DNA of 64,000 bases from NCBI GenBank assembly GCA_000004695.1, contig CM000151.3, positions 3,712,001 to 3,776,000 on the forward strand, given 5' to 3'. Below are positions 62,940 to 64,000 of this stretch, in pieces. Within the stretch, counting starts at the first letter, position 1; each line of letters starts with the position of its first letter. The notes below the pieces were generated by a model. The model had not been told where the DNA came from, searched no databases, and saw only the letters and a program-made list of their open reading frames with translations. This stretch comes from Dictyostelium discoideum. Taxonomy: Eukaryota. The position numbers and the translations under genes are program-made.

Positions 62940-63990
62940 TTTGACAAATTTTGCATGTTTTTTTTTTTTTTTTTTAATAAAACACATTATTTAAAACAAA
63001 AATTTTAAATAATATAAAACAATATTTGTTAAGACCTATCGTAGAATTAAATTTGGTTGTATTTATGGAGAAATAAAGAAAATATAAAAAAAAATGAACT
63101 TCGAAAAAAAAAAAAGGAACTTCAAAAAAAAAAAACTACATAAAATTTTTGTTTTAAATAATGGGGGACCTATCAGTGAATAATTGAATTAATTTTGAAA
63201 AAAAAAAGTTATTTTGAAAAAGATCGAGTTATCCCGGAAAAGATCAATCTTTTCGCGAAAAATTTTTCATTGGCCATATTATTTTTTTTTTTTTTAATTT
63301 TTTTCATTTATTCACAATTAAAATAAAAAATATAATAAATAAATAAATAAATAAAATAAATAGTATGATTGACAAAAAAAAATCAAAAATACCAGGGCTC
63401 AAATAAAGGATTTATTTTTTATATGTAGTTTTTTTTTTTTAAGTTCCTTTTTTTTTTCGAAATTCATTTTTTTTTATATTTTTTTTATTTCTCTATAAAT
63501 ACAACCAAATTTAATTCTACGACAGTCTTTACAAATATTGTTTTATATTATTTAAAATTTTTGTTTTAAATAATGTGTTTTATTAAAAAAAAAAAAAAAA
63601 AAAACATATGAAAAGTGAAAAATTTTTCAAAAAAAAATAAACTTTTTTCGAAATAACTCAATTTATTCCGGGATAACTCGATCTTTTTCAAAATAACTTT
63701 ATTTATTCAGAATTAATTCAATTATCCACTGATAGGTCCATTATTTAAAATTTTTGTTTTAAATAATGTGTTTTATTAAAAAAAAAAAAAAAAAAACATA
63801 TAAAATTTGAAAAAATTTCGAAAAAAAAAACTTTTTTTGAAATAAATGAATTTATTCTGAGATAACTCGATCTTTTTTAAAATATGCTGAGTTAATTATA
63901 ACAGAAATTTTTACTTTATTTTTTATTTTTTATTTTTTATTTTATTGACTAAATTATTTTTAAAAAAACAATTACAGATAATATTGAAGC
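62940..63990. repeat. Cluster of inverted and direct repeats at the window end (unit ...ttaataaaacacattatttaaaacaaaaattttaaataatataaaacaatatttgt...)
   Basis: 62960-63130 is the reverse complement of 63455-63595. A further partial copy lies at 63720-63790. Interspersed motifs ataactcgatc and ttcgaaa. Confidence 0.6.
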
Positions 63991-64000
63991 AGGTGAAATA

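Overview
This window is Dictyostelium discoideum nuclear genomic DNA. It is extremely AT-rich, with homopolymer dA/dT intergenic tracts, in-frame (CAA)n/(AAT)n coding microsatellites that give poly-Q/poly-N, and short AT-rich GT..AG introns. Introns were placed by hand from donor (GTAAGT/GTATGT), acceptor (tag|/aag|) and reading-frame continuity. From 1 to about 53.7 kb the window is gene-dense, with roughly 25 protein-coding genes. These include a copine, two tandem ADF/cofilin paralogs, two tandem FNIP-repeat proteins, a PIP kinase, a TRM10 tRNA methyltransferase, an SNF2-family ATPase, a Dicer-like RNase III with an N-terminal dsRBD, deoxyhypusine hydroxylase, a GST, a Zn-ADH, proteasome subunit Rpn13/ADRM1, an alpha/beta hydrolase and an HssA/2C/7E family gene. 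The last 10 kb (about 54.6 to 64 kb) is very different. It holds complex non-simple repeats, a 100-nt N gap, and an inverted-repeat-bounded composite element of about 5.5 kb. That element contains nested TIR-like termini, B-box/tRNA-like motifs, a 3-exon gene with atypically GC-richer codons, a palindromic 13-nt satellite, and GC-rich exon-like blocks (45-50% GC) on the minus strand. Those blocks are separated by Dictyostelium-type AT-rich intron-like spacers and carry integrase/RNase-H-like motifs. This is most consistent with a degenerate intron-containing DNA transposon or retroelement cluster and is the most unusual part of the window. No rRNA, CRISPR or convincing intact tRNA gene was found.
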